Virus record (IMG/VR): IMGVR_UViG_3300009550_000009
From: a virus
Strand: one strand, 5' to 3'
Length of the DNA stretch: 64,000 nt
Below, piece by piece: positions 37,850 to 47,507 of the stretch. Each line of letters starts with the position of its first letter. The stretch's first letter is position 1. The position numbers and the translations under genes are program-made. The notes under the pieces were generated by a model, which was given only the letters and a program-made list of their open reading frames with translations, made no database searches and had not been told where the DNA came from.

Positions 37850-40340
37850 AATTCTATACTAATGTCCAGTTGATTGGTAATCAATTTCTGGTTCGTGGTG
37901 TTGAGAATGGGAAAAGATATGAACACAGAGATGAGTTCTTTCCCACTCTTTTCGTTAGATCAAAAAAGAAAACAAAATACAAAACATTAATGGTGTTTCG
38001 GTTGATGCTATCAATCCGGGATCTGTAAGAGATTGTCGTGATTTTTTTAAGAAGTATGATGAAGTCGAGGGATTTGAAATATATGGAAATGATCGATATA
38101 TCTATCAATACATATCAGAAAAATATCCAGAGGATGAGATCAAGTTTGATATTAGTAAAATTAAATTAGTCACTCTTGATATTGAGGTGTCATCTGAACA
38201 AGGATTCCCCGATGTTGAATCTTGTGTAGAGGAAATACTTGCGATTACAATACAGGATTATACAACAAAAGAAATCATTACATGGGGTGTTAAACCATTT
38301 AATAATACACAAAAGAATGTAACATATCATTGTTGTAATACTGAAGAGAATTTACTTCGCACCTTTATTAATCATTGGATGCAAGATGTTCCTGATGTGA
38401 TTACTGGCTGGAACATTCAACTATACGATATACCATACATTTGCAAACGCATCAATCGTGTTCTTGGTGAGAAGACAATGAAACGTATGTCACCTTGGGG
38501 TCTTGTATCTGAGGGTGAGATTCATCTTATGGGAAGAAGTCATACCACCTTTGATGTTGGTGGTGTCACGCAACTTGATTACTTGGATCTATACAAGAAG
38601 TTTACATACAAGGCACAAGAATCATACCGATTAGATTACATTGCAAAGGTAGAACTTGGTCAACAAAAACTTGATCACTCAGAGTTTGATACATTCAAAG
38701 ACTTCTATACAAAAGGGTGGCAGAAGTTTATTGAATACAACATCATTGACGTTGAACTTGTTGATCGTTTGGAAGACAAGATGAAACTGATTGAACTTGC
38801 ATTGACGATGGCATATGATGCCAAGGTGAATTACAACGATGTGTTTTATCAGGTAAGAATGTGGGATACTATTATCTACAACTATCTCAAGAAACGTAAC
38901 ATTGTAATCCCCCCAAAGAATAGATCAGCAAAGAATGAAAAGTATGCAGGTGCTTATGTAAAAGAACCAATTCCCGGAAAGTATGATTGGGTTGTAAACT
39001 TTGACCTTAACTCTCTATATCCTCATCTGATCATGCAATATAATATCTCGCCGGAGACATTGATTGAGGAAAGACACCCAACAGTTACTGTTGATAAAAT
39101 ATTATCTGAAGAGATAACATTTGAAATGCATCAAAATAATGCAGTATGTGCAAACGGTGCGATGTATCGTAAGGATATTCGTGGGTTTCTACCAGAACTG
39201 ATGGATAAGATGTATGGAGATCGTGTGGTCTTCAAAAAGAAAATGATTGAAGCAAAGAAACAGTATGAAAAAACTCCTACTAAACAATTGGAAAAGGAGA
39301 TTGCTAGATGTAACAACATTCAGATGGCAAAAAAGATCTCCCTTAATAGTGCTTATGGTGCTATTGGTAATCAATATTTTCGCTATTACAAACTTGCCAA
39401 TGCAGAAGCTATTACACTATCTGGTCAGGTTTCTATCCGTTGGATAGAAAACAAAATGAACAACTATCTAAACAAAATACTTAAAACAGAGGAGGTTGAC
39501 TATGTTATTGCTTCAGATACTGATTCCATCTATCTTAATCTTGGGCCTTTGGTGGAGGTCATATACAAAGATCGAGAGAAGGATGGTGCGAGCATTGTCT
39601 CGTTCCTTAATAAGATCTGTGAAATGGAACTTGAGAAGTATATTGAGAGTTCTTACGAAGCGTTGGCGAAATACGTAAACGCATATGATCAAAAGATGTT
39701 CATGAAGCGAGAGAACATTGCAGATCGTGGTATATGGACAGCAAAGAAAAGATATATTTTAAATGTATGGGATAGTGAAGGTGTTCGATATGAAGAACCT
39801 AAACTAAAGATGATGGGTATTGAGGCAGTCAAGTCATCAACTCCTGCACCTTGTCGTAAGATGATTAAGGATGCACTTAAGATAATGATGAATGGCACAG
39901 AGGAAGATATAATTGATTATATTGATGCTTGTCGTAAGGAATTCAAAACATTACCGGCAGAGGAAATATCATTTCCTCGCACAGCATCAAATGTAGATAA
40001 GTATCGAGCACATTCTACGATATACTCAAAGGGAACTCCCATACATATACGTGGTGCGTTATTGTTTAACCACCATGTGAAAAAGAATAAGTTGGATAAT
40101 AAATATTCACTTATTCAAAACGGTGAAAAAATTAAATTCTGTTATTTGAAAAAACCTAACATTATTCACGAAAATATTATATCCTTTATCCAAGACTTTC
40201 CTCGTGAAATTGGACTTGATGCGTATATCGATTATGATCTACAATTTGATAAGTCATTCTTGGAACCACTCAAAATCATTCTTGATGCCATTGGGTGGAA
40301 TGTAGAAAAAACTGTAAACCTCGAACTATTCTTTTCCTAA
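37846..40340 (+). CDS. gp43: family B DNA polymerase gp43, interrupted by a one-base deletion near 37989
   Basis: MKFYTNV N-terminus joins in the -1 frame to NGVSVDAINPG..TLDIEV (ExoI), FDLNSLYPH, KISLNSAYG, SDTDS; about 831 aa when repaired. Confidence 0.95.
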
Positions 40341-40510
40341 TGGATTTACCTGTTGACGACAGAGAACTTGCCACTATAATAAAAGCATTGACTTTAGGTG
40401 GTGATACTGCATTGTATCAAAAACTTAAATTAGTCAAAGAAACACGGGATCAAAATCCCGGTGGCCCTTATAAAAAAATTCTACGTGAAACTCACGGATT
40501 AGTGATATGA
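40340..40510 (+). CDS. small hypothetical protein
   Basis: ATG overlaps gp43 stop; MDLPVDDREL..LGGDTALYQKL. Confidence 0.65.
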   Translation: MDLPVDDRELATIIKALTLGGDTALYQKLKLVKETRDQNPGGPYKKILRETHGLVI

Positions 40511-40776
40511 TTTTTTCTACTTTAATTGAACACGGAAACTATGATGGATTACCACCAACAGGTGTATTCATATTTTGGATCGTAGCATCCATAGTTATAA
40601 CAGTAGGGTATGGTTTATACAATACTTTTGGAGAAGGTGGTAAAAACCTTAAAGATGAAATTTTAGAGCATGCGAAAATGCATGAGTTAGGGATTGCACA
40701 TGGTCATGAAGGACGTAAACCAGTAATGACACAGAGAGCACAAGAAAAAGATTATCCACTACATCATCATAAGTAA
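40507..40776 (+). CDS. PsbN-like membrane protein with His-rich tail
   Basis: TM helix then GYGLYNTFG...LKD...EH, matching the PsbN GxxxYxxFGxxxxxLxDxxxxH pattern. Confidence 0.6.
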   Translation: MIFSTLIEHGNYDGLPPTGVFIFWIVASIVITVGYGLYNTFGEGGKNLKDEILEHAKMHELGIAHGHEGRKPVMTQRAQEKDYPLHHHK

Positions 40777-41237
40777 TGTTTTATAAAAAAGTGAGTCTGG
40801 TTACTGGTGGGTTTGATCCTTTACACAGTGGCCACATATCATATTTTGCAAGAGCAAAAGACTTCTCTGATTTTTTGGTTGTTGGTATTAATACTGAAGA
40901 GTGGTTAACTAAAAAGAAGGGACAATACTTTCAATCATGGACAGAGAGAGCAGAAATTATTCGTCATCTAAGAATGGTTGATGCTGTCATTACTGTCCCT
41001 GATGACGATCAAGGATCCGCGTGTGGTGCAATAGATAAATGTTTAGAGATTGCAGATGAAATTATTTTCTGTAACGGAGGTGACAGAGAAAAAGGTAACA
41101 CACCAGAACTTGACAGATTTAAAAAAAATGATAGAGTTAAGTTTGAATGGGGTATCGGTGGTAATGATAAAATGAATAGTAGTTCATGGATTCTACACGG
41201 ATATTTTGAAAGACAACGTAAATTACTAGGAATCTGA
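40776..41237 (+). CDS. cytidylyltransferase-family protein (TagD/RfaE-like)
   Basis: GGFDPLHSGH, ERAEII, NGGDR, NSSS. Confidence 0.88.
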   Translation: MFYKKVSLVTGGFDPLHSGHISYFARAKDFSDFLVVGINTEEWLTKKKGQYFQSWTERAEIIRHLRMVDAVITVPDDDQGSACGAIDKCLEIADEIIFCNGGDREKGNTPELDRFKKNDRVKFEWGIGGNDKMNSSSWILHGYFERQRKLLGI

Positions 41238-41776
41238 TGGAAACGCATAGAAATACATTGCGTATGTTACTCAAAGAGAGAGCGTATAAGCATGGTAAAT
41301 TTACCCTATCATCGGGTAAAGAATCAGAACATTACATCAATTGCAAACCTGTCACCTTATCATGTGAAGGGAATGCATTGTTATCTCACCTAATGATTGA
41401 ACATGTGGAGGATAACGCTGCAGCAGTAGGTGGTCTAACTTTAGGTGCTGATCCTTTAGTATGTGGCATTGCACAGAAGGCTTATTATTCTGGTAAACAT
41501 ATTGATGCTCTTATTGTAAGAAAAAATCCTAAAGGATATGGGACAAAGGAAGTTATTGAAGGTAATAAACCACCAAAAGGATCAGTTGTTACTGTTTTAG
41601 AAGATGTTACTACTACAGGTAGTAGTGCGATCAAGGCAGTGAATGTATTACGAGATGCAGGTTATATTGTAAATCGTGTTGTTGCGATTGTAGATCGTCA
41701 AGAGAATCATAAGGTGTGGGATAATAACGAACTAGAATTTATTTCATTATTTAAATTAGAGGATATTATTAAATGA
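41237..41776 (+). CDS. pyrE: orotate phosphoribosyltransferase
   Basis: FTLSSG.ES.HY, GGLTLGADP, VRK.PKGYG, LEDVTTTGSS. Confidence 0.95.
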   Translation: METHRNTLRMLLKERAYKHGKFTLSSGKESEHYINCKPVTLSCEGNALLSHLMIEHVEDNAAAVGGLTLGADPLVCGIAQKAYYSGKHIDALIVRKNPKGYGTKEVIEGNKPPKGSVVTVLEDVTTTGSSAIKAVNVLRDAGYIVNRVVAIVDRQENHKVWDNNELEFISLFKLEDIIK

Positions 41777-41922
41777 ATTGTTGGCATTGCAATACTGAAT
41801 TGATCTGGGGAGGAGATCATGACATTGACGAAGATGAGAGTATGGAGTATGATATGGTTACTAACTTATCATGCCCAACTTGTGAATCTTATGTTGAAGT
41901 GTATCACAAGTTTAAAAAATAA
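41773..41922 (+). CDS. 49-aa zinc-ribbon protein
   Basis: MNCWHCNTELIWGGDHD...LSCPTCESYVEVY (two CxxC). Confidence 0.75.
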   Translation: MNCWHCNTELIWGGDHDIDEDESMEYDMVTNLSCPTCESYVEVYHKFKK

Positions 41923-41924
41923 TT

Positions 41925-42932
41925 ATGGATTTTCTAAAAGAAATTGTAAAAGAGATTGGAGATGACTTTACTCAACTGGCATCAAATATCGACGAAACTG
42001 AAACATTTATTGACACAGGTTCGTTTATTTTTAATGGACTTATATCAGGGAGTATATTTGGTGGTGTATCTAATAACAAGATCACTGCAATTGCTGGTGA
42101 AAGCAGCACTGGAAAGACTTTTTTCTCCCTCGCAGTGGTTAAAAACTTCCTTGATTCTAATCCTGATGGTTATTGTTTATACTTTGACACAGAGGCCGCA
42201 GTTAATAAAGGATTACTTCAGTCTCGTGGTATAGATTTAGATCGTCTTGTTGTAGTAAATGTTGTTACAATAGAAGAGTTTCGTAGTAAAGCACTCAAGG
42301 CAGTAGATATATATCTTAAAAAACCAGAGGATGAACGTAAACCATGTATGTTTGTGTTAGATTCTCTTGGCATGTTATCGACAGAGAAAGAAATAAATGA
42401 TACACTAAATGAAAAACAAGTTAGAGATATGACCAAATCTCAACTTGTCAAAGGTGCATTTAGAATGCTCACTTTGAAACTTGGTCAAGCAAAGATTCCA
42501 CTTATTGTTACTAACCACACTTATGATGTCATTGGTTCTTATGTCCCTACAAAAGAAATGGGAGGAGGCAGCGGTCTCAAGTATGCTTCAAGCACAATCA
42601 TTTATCTCAGTAAGAAAAAGGAGAAGGATGGAAAGGAAGTTATTGGAAACATTATCAAAGCAAAGACTCATAAATCACGCTTGAGTAAAGAAAACAAAAC
42701 AGTTGAGATTCGTTTGTATTATGATGAACGTGGTCTTGACAAATATTATGGTCTCCTTGAGTTAGGTGAGATTGGTGGACTATGGAAAAACGTTGCTGGT
42801 AGATATGAAATCAATGGTAAAAAAATCTATGCAAAACAAATCTATGCAGAACCAGAAACATACTTTGATGATTATGTAATGCAAGCTCTAGATGAAATAG
42901 CACAAAAGGAGTTTAGTTATGGAGAAAGTTGA
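41925..42932 (+). CDS. uvsX: RecA-like recombinase UvsX
   Basis: AGESSTGKT, YFDTE, LDSLG, MGGGSG. Confidence 0.96.
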   Translation: MDFLKEIVKEIGDDFTQLASNIDETETFIDTGSFIFNGLISGSIFGGVSNNKITAIAGESSTGKTFFSLAVVKNFLDSNPDGYCLYFDTEAAVNKGLLQSRGIDLDRLVVVNVVTIEEFRSKALKAVDIYLKKPEDERKPCMFVLDSLGMLSTEKEINDTLNEKQVRDMTKSQLVKGAFRMLTLKLGQAKIPLIVTNHTYDVIGSYVPTKEMGGGSGLKYASSTIIYLSKKKEKDGKEVIGNIIKAKTHKSRLSKENKTVEIRLYYDERGLDKYYGLLELGEIGGLWKNVAGRYEINGKKIYAKQIYAEPETYFDDYVMQALDEIAQKEFSYGES

Positions 42933-44295
42933 GTTTCTTATCCTAAGAAACCTTTTATATAATGAAGAATATCTCCGTAAAGTTGTCCCTTTTATTAAAC
43001 CAGAATACTTTGAAGATGAAAAACAAAAGATAGTTTTTCAAGAGATTACTGCGTTTGCTGAACAGTATAATGAACTTACTACCAAAGAAGTTCTTTGTAT
43101 TGAGATTGAAAAACGAAATGATATTAATGACTCTATGTTCAAGGATATCACGTTGTTCATCGGTGAATTAGACGACAATCCTGCAGATCTTACATGGTTA
43201 CTCGATACAACTGAAAAGTGGTGTCGAGATCGTGCTATATACTTAGCATTAATAGAATCAATACAACTAGCAGATGGAAAAGATGACACTAAAGGAAGGG
43301 ATGCTATTCCTTCTATTTTGTCTGATGCTCTGGCTGTGTCTTTCGATAATCATGTAGGTCATGATTATTTAATTGATTATGAGGATAGATATGAGTCTTA
43401 TCACAGAAAAGAAGATAAGATACCATTCGACTTGGAGTTCTTCGATAAAGTCACAAAAGGAGGTCTCCCGAATAAAACGCTTAACATCGCTCTTGCTGGC
43501 ACTGGTGTTGGTAAGTCTTTGTTTATGTGCCATTTTGCCTCTTCTGTTTTACTCCAAGGTAAAAATGTTCTCTATATTACTATGGAGATGGCTGAAGAAA
43601 AGATTGCGGAAAGGATTGATGCGAATCTTTTGAATATTAATATTCAAGATATTACAGACTTACCTAAACCAATGTTTGAAAGTAAGGTGACTGACATATC
43701 AAAGAAGACACAAGGCACACTTATAATTAAAGAGTATCCAACTGCTGCTGCACATTCAGGTCATTTTAAATCATTGTTAAATGAACTTGCATTAAAAAAA
43801 TCTTTTAGACCTGATATTATATTCATTGATTATCTAAACATATGTGCGTCCTCTCGTTATCGTGGTAATTCTAATGTCAATTCTTACTCGTATATCAAAG
43901 CAATTGCGGAAGAACTCCGTGGTCTTGCGGTTGAAGCAAACCTTCCAATCGTTTCAGCTACCCAAACCACTCGTAGTGGGTTTGCTAGTAGTGATGTGGA
44001 TCTTACAGATACGTCCGAATCCTTTGGTCTCCCTGCAACTGCTGACCTTATGTTCGCTCTTATATCTACAGAGGAGTTGGAGAGCATCAACCAAATATTG
44101 GTTAAGCAATTAAAGAATAGATATAATGATCCCACCATACATAAACGTTTTGTTGTTGGTATTGATCGTGCAAAGATGAGATTATATGATTGTGAACAGA
44201 AAGCACAAGATGATATTATTGACAACGGACAAGAAACAGAGTATGATGATGATAAATCAAAATTCAAAAAAACATTCGGTGATTTTAAATTCTAA
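42919..44295 (+). CDS. gp41: replicative helicase gp41
   Basis: AGTGVGKS, IDYL, SATQTTR, SESFGLPATAD, QLKNRY. Confidence 0.97.
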   Translation: MEKVEFLILRNLLYNEEYLRKVVPFIKPEYFEDEKQKIVFQEITAFAEQYNELTTKEVLCIEIEKRNDINDSMFKDITLFIGELDDNPADLTWLLDTTEKWCRDRAIYLALIESIQLADGKDDTKGRDAIPSILSDALAVSFDNHVGHDYLIDYEDRYESYHRKEDKIPFDLEFFDKVTKGGLPNKTLNIALAGTGVGKSLFMCHFASSVLLQGKNVLYITMEMAEEKIAERIDANLLNINIQDITDLPKPMFESKVTDISKKTQGTLIIKEYPTAAAHSGHFKSLLNELALKKSFRPDIIFIDYLNICASSRYRGNSNVNSYSYIKAIAEELRGLAVEANLPIVSATQTTRSGFASSDVDLTDTSESFGLPATADLMFALISTEELESINQILVKQLKNRYNDPTIHKRFVVGIDRAKMRLYDCEQKAQDDIIDNGQETEYDDDKSKFKKTFGDFKF

Positions 44296-44591
44296 TGACA
44301 TTACCTGATTATTTTTATCCCTACTGGTCTGTATATGATGGTTTAGGTCAACATTATAATGATTGCAGTCATGAAAAATATGCTATAGATACTTTGAGAT
44401 TGCATCCTAATGAGGGGTTTACATACAAACAAATAAATGCACCAAAACCATTACCACCACATATTGTTGATGTAACTGCCGAAACAGAAGGCGCATTACC
44501 GGGTCAAAAAGGATTGCCTAAAGCAACCGAAAGATTGCCCTTTGAACCCATACTAGAAGAACTACCAGAAAGTAATTTACAAGAAATTTAA
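44295..44591 (+). CDS. hypothetical protein
   Basis: Coupled ORF between gp41 and mazG. Confidence 0.65.
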   Translation: MTLPDYFYPYWSVYDGLGQHYNDCSHEKYAIDTLRLHPNEGFTYKQINAPKPLPPHIVDVTAETEGALPGQKGLPKATERLPFEPILEELPESNLQEI

Positions 44592-44593
44592 TT

Positions 44594-45001
44594 ATGACAG
44601 TTGACACAGAAAAATACTTAGACTTTGTGCATGATGTAACAAGCGCAGAAAGTTTAGACTATGCTGCTCTCTTAACTCGTATGAATAAACTAGAGTTAGA
44701 AGATGACTGTAATCTATCACAGTTATTAACCGCTGCACTTGGTCTCACAGCAGAGTCTGGTGAATTTACTGAAGTAGTAAAGAAAATTATTCTTCAAGGA
44801 AAACCATATAATGAAAATAATGTCTTTCATATGAAGAGAGAACTAGGTGATATTTGTTGGTATATTGCTCAAGCATGTATGGCACTCGACACAACATTTG
44901 ATGAAATAATTGAGATGAATGTTGATAAATTAAAGAAAAGATATCCCGGTGGTGAGTTTAACGTGCATCAATCCGAAAATCGTAAGGCAGGAGATCTATA
45001 A
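44594..45001 (+). CDS. mazG: MazG-like nucleotide pyrophosphohydrolase
   Basis: GLTAESGEFTEVVKK..ELGDICWY..KLKKRYP. Confidence 0.93.
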   Translation: MTVDTEKYLDFVHDVTSAESLDYAALLTRMNKLELEDDCNLSQLLTAALGLTAESGEFTEVVKKIILQGKPYNENNVFHMKRELGDICWYIAQACMALDTTFDEIIEMNVDKLKKRYPGGEFNVHQSENRKAGDL

Positions 45002-45004
45002 ATA
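44997..45004 (+). promoter_or_regulatory. late promoter TATAAATA
   Basis: Exact consensus upstream of ORF 45030; further copies at 45739-45746 and 52109-52116, variants at 47482 and 48755. Confidence 0.75.
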
Positions 45005-45029
45005 CTTTTGTTAAATTCTAATAATTCCC

Positions 45030-45716
45030 ATGGGCTTAATGAATGATCTTGCAGGTTTATCTGCAGCATACGCCTCTATGAATAAGAGTGATCAAGGATA
45101 TCTTTTGACAAGAGCAGATAAAGATGGTAATACTCCTGCGTGGCAAAATCGTTATAAGATAAATGAGGCAACAGGTAAACCATTGTATATAATGGCAGAT
45201 CATCTTGTTGAGTCATTCGAGAATGAACTATTTCATAAAATTGATGAGGCTCTTGAGGAGTTAGATAAGTTAAACGAAGGAAAGATACCTGCAGGACTTA
45301 GAGCATACCTTGATAAGAAAAAAGGTAAAAAAGGTAATGGAAAAGATAATGGTAATGGGAAAGATCATGATGATGATAATGGAAATGGAAATGGTAAAGG
45401 GAAACCAGATTTCATAGATCTTGATAAAGATGGTGATAAAAAGGAGTCAATGAAAAAGGCTGCTAAAGATAAGAAAATGAAAGAGGAAAATTCTCTTTTA
45501 GATTCTGGTATTTTTTCTGAAGAAGAAATAACTGGTATTCTTTGGGGTGAGTTTGAGGAGAACAGACAAGTTGCTATGAATCCTGAGAAGTATAAAGATC
45601 CAGATGAATCTGATAAACCATATCGTCAGAGATCAAAAGCAGCAAGAATGAGAGATCCTGAGAGAGGAATCAACTCTCCTGCGTTCAAGAAGTTTATGGC
45701 AGACCGAGGAATGTGA
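45030..45716 (+). CDS. late modular protein (putative internal head protein)
   Basis: Charged modules separated by LVE/LNE/MKEE; DLDKDGD motif; late promoter. Confidence 0.7.
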   Translation: MGLMNDLAGLSAAYASMNKSDQGYLLTRADKDGNTPAWQNRYKINEATGKPLYIMADHLVESFENELFHKIDEALEELDKLNEGKIPAGLRAYLDKKKGKKGNGKDNGNGKDHDDDNGNGNGKGKPDFIDLDKDGDKKESMKKAAKDKKMKEENSLLDSGIFSEEEITGILWGEFEENRQVAMNPEKYKDPDESDKPYRQRSKAARMRDPERGINSPAFKKFMADRGM

Positions 45717-45766
45717 TATTCAATATTGTATGCTACAATATAAATATCTCAGATATTTAAATTACT

Positions 45767-46021
45767 ATGGCATTACATATGCGTGAGCAAATCCTAAGAG
45801 CATTGATTGCACATGCTCAAGGAGACATTGCAAAACATAGAGCAAATGTTGAAGTTTATCTTGAACATCCTGCAGGTGTTGGTGAGCACACTGACATACT
45901 AGAATCTATTGAAAAGGAATTAGATACTATTGCAAAGTATCAAGATCAGATAGATGTAATCAAGAAGTATTTCATGTCGTCTCAAACTATGTCTAATATT
46001 GACAAAAGATCGAGTGAGTAG
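45767..46021 (+). CDS. conserved hypothetical protein
   Basis: HAQGDI.KH.ANVEVYL..PAGVGEH.D. Confidence 0.75.
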   Translation: MALHMREQILRALIAHAQGDIAKHRANVEVYLEHPAGVGEHTDILESIEKELDTIAKYQDQIDVIKKYFMSSQTMSNIDKRSSE

Positions 46022-46025
46022 ATAG

Positions 46026-47477
46026 ATGGCTGATTCACCCAAATTATCAGAATCATCACAAGCATTATTTTGTGCTGTTGTTGATTATTTGGGTAAACCA
46101 ATTAATGGTAGAAATAGACCGGCAAATTATCCTGCTTTTAAAAGAGAATATGGATCAATAATTAATAGAGTAAAAAACAAAGTTAAAACTGGATCTGTTT
46201 CAGTGTCAAGTATTGAAAGATATTTAACGGAGAATAAAGACTGGTATGACTCATCAATTAATATAGCGAATGAACTTTTTAATGCAACAGCAAAAATATC
46301 TAGAAAAACTTACAATAGAATAAAACCAAAAGGAATAAGTTTGTTTTATATTAGAGGTGATAAAGGCACGAGAGATATCATGAGTGACATTGCACTTATT
46401 TGGAAATATACAAATACTGCTGTAAAAAAAAGAAACAGATTAGAAGGGATAAACGATTTAACATTTAACGATATAAACAAGTGGAGTCCAGCAGATATCT
46501 ATCTTGCCTCTCAAAAAGGTAGGATGGTTATAAGACAATTAGCCTCTGGAAAAGTAATGGGTAGTGGAATTAAAATTGGTAAAACAAATATTGATTCACT
46601 TACTGCTATGACAAGTTTTTCAGTATTGAACGCTTTATTAAAACAAATGATGGAGAATGGTGACATACTGCCACTGTCTTTAAAGAAAGCACCTAACAAG
46701 GATAGCGTTGTTATAAAAACAATAAATTTTATGGACAATGATGTTGCGAATGCTTTGAAAAAAAATGATATTAGATATCACGGTTATATATTTTCACAAA
46801 CACAGGACGTATTCAACTCAAAAGATGTTTATATTAAGATAACTACAGGCCCTTTTAAGTTGCAATTCAGAGATAAGGGTGGAACTGGTGGTGGACAAAA
46901 ACCCACTTTTTCTTATCAGTGTATAATATCTGGAGGAAAACAAGCTCTTGATGGTAGTCTTGCAGGTGATTCGATAGGTAATGTTATATTTCAAACAAAC
47001 CAATCTTTAGGAAGACAATTCTCTTCAGCAAGTCAGAGTAGAATAATAGACTCAGCTTTTAAGATTGCAAAAAATATGCAAAAAGAGATAGATGTTGATG
47101 GGGTTCTATCTAAATCAATAGAAAATACTATTTGTAGAAAAGTATATGAATATGCGGTGAAATACTCTAATACCGCGATAGGATCAATAAAATCCTTTTA
47201 CGAAGAATTAGTTAATCATCCTCAGTTTTCGAGGGGTGGCACATCTATCATGGTCAAGGAAGATGGTGGTAAGGTGAGACTTGAGAGTGAACTTTTAGTT
47301 GAAAGAGCAAGAACACAATTTTTATTTGGAAAGTTTATGGGTGGTAGATTGATAGAGGGCATGGAGAGATCAAAAAAAGACGCTGATGAAATAGCGATAA
47401 ATTTATTATTATATGCAGGATCAAGAACGGCTAAATCATCACCCCATGTTAAAGCATCTGATATCTCATCATTGTAA
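46026..47477 (+). CDS. hypothetical protein, possible PD-(D/E)xK-like nuclease
   Basis: 483-aa ORF; N-terminal E helix, KWSPADIY and PLSLKK motifs. Confidence 0.5.
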   Translation: MADSPKLSESSQALFCAVVDYLGKPINGRNRPANYPAFKREYGSIINRVKNKVKTGSVSVSSIERYLTENKDWYDSSINIANELFNATAKISRKTYNRIKPKGISLFYIRGDKGTRDIMSDIALIWKYTNTAVKKRNRLEGINDLTFNDINKWSPADIYLASQKGRMVIRQLASGKVMGSGIKIGKTNIDSLTAMTSFSVLNALLKQMMENGDILPLSLKKAPNKDSVVIKTINFMDNDVANALKKNDIRYHGYIFSQTQDVFNSKDVYIKITTGPFKLQFRDKGGTGGGQKPTFSYQCIISGGKQALDGSLAGDSIGNVIFQTNQSLGRQFSSASQSRIIDSAFKIAKNMQKEIDVDGVLSKSIENTICRKVYEYAVKYSNTAIGSIKSFYEELVNHPQFSRGGTSIMVKEDGGKVRLESELLVERARTQFLFGKFMGGRLIEGMERSKKDADEIAINLLLYAGSRTAKSSPHVKASDISSL

Positions 47478-47507
47478 ATCGCTAAATAAAGTATATAATA
47501 CCATCTT

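Noticed and set aside
37846-38186. Naturally split gp43 or programmed -1 frameshift
   Set aside because: No slippery heptamer or obvious stimulatory structure; a single missing A explains it
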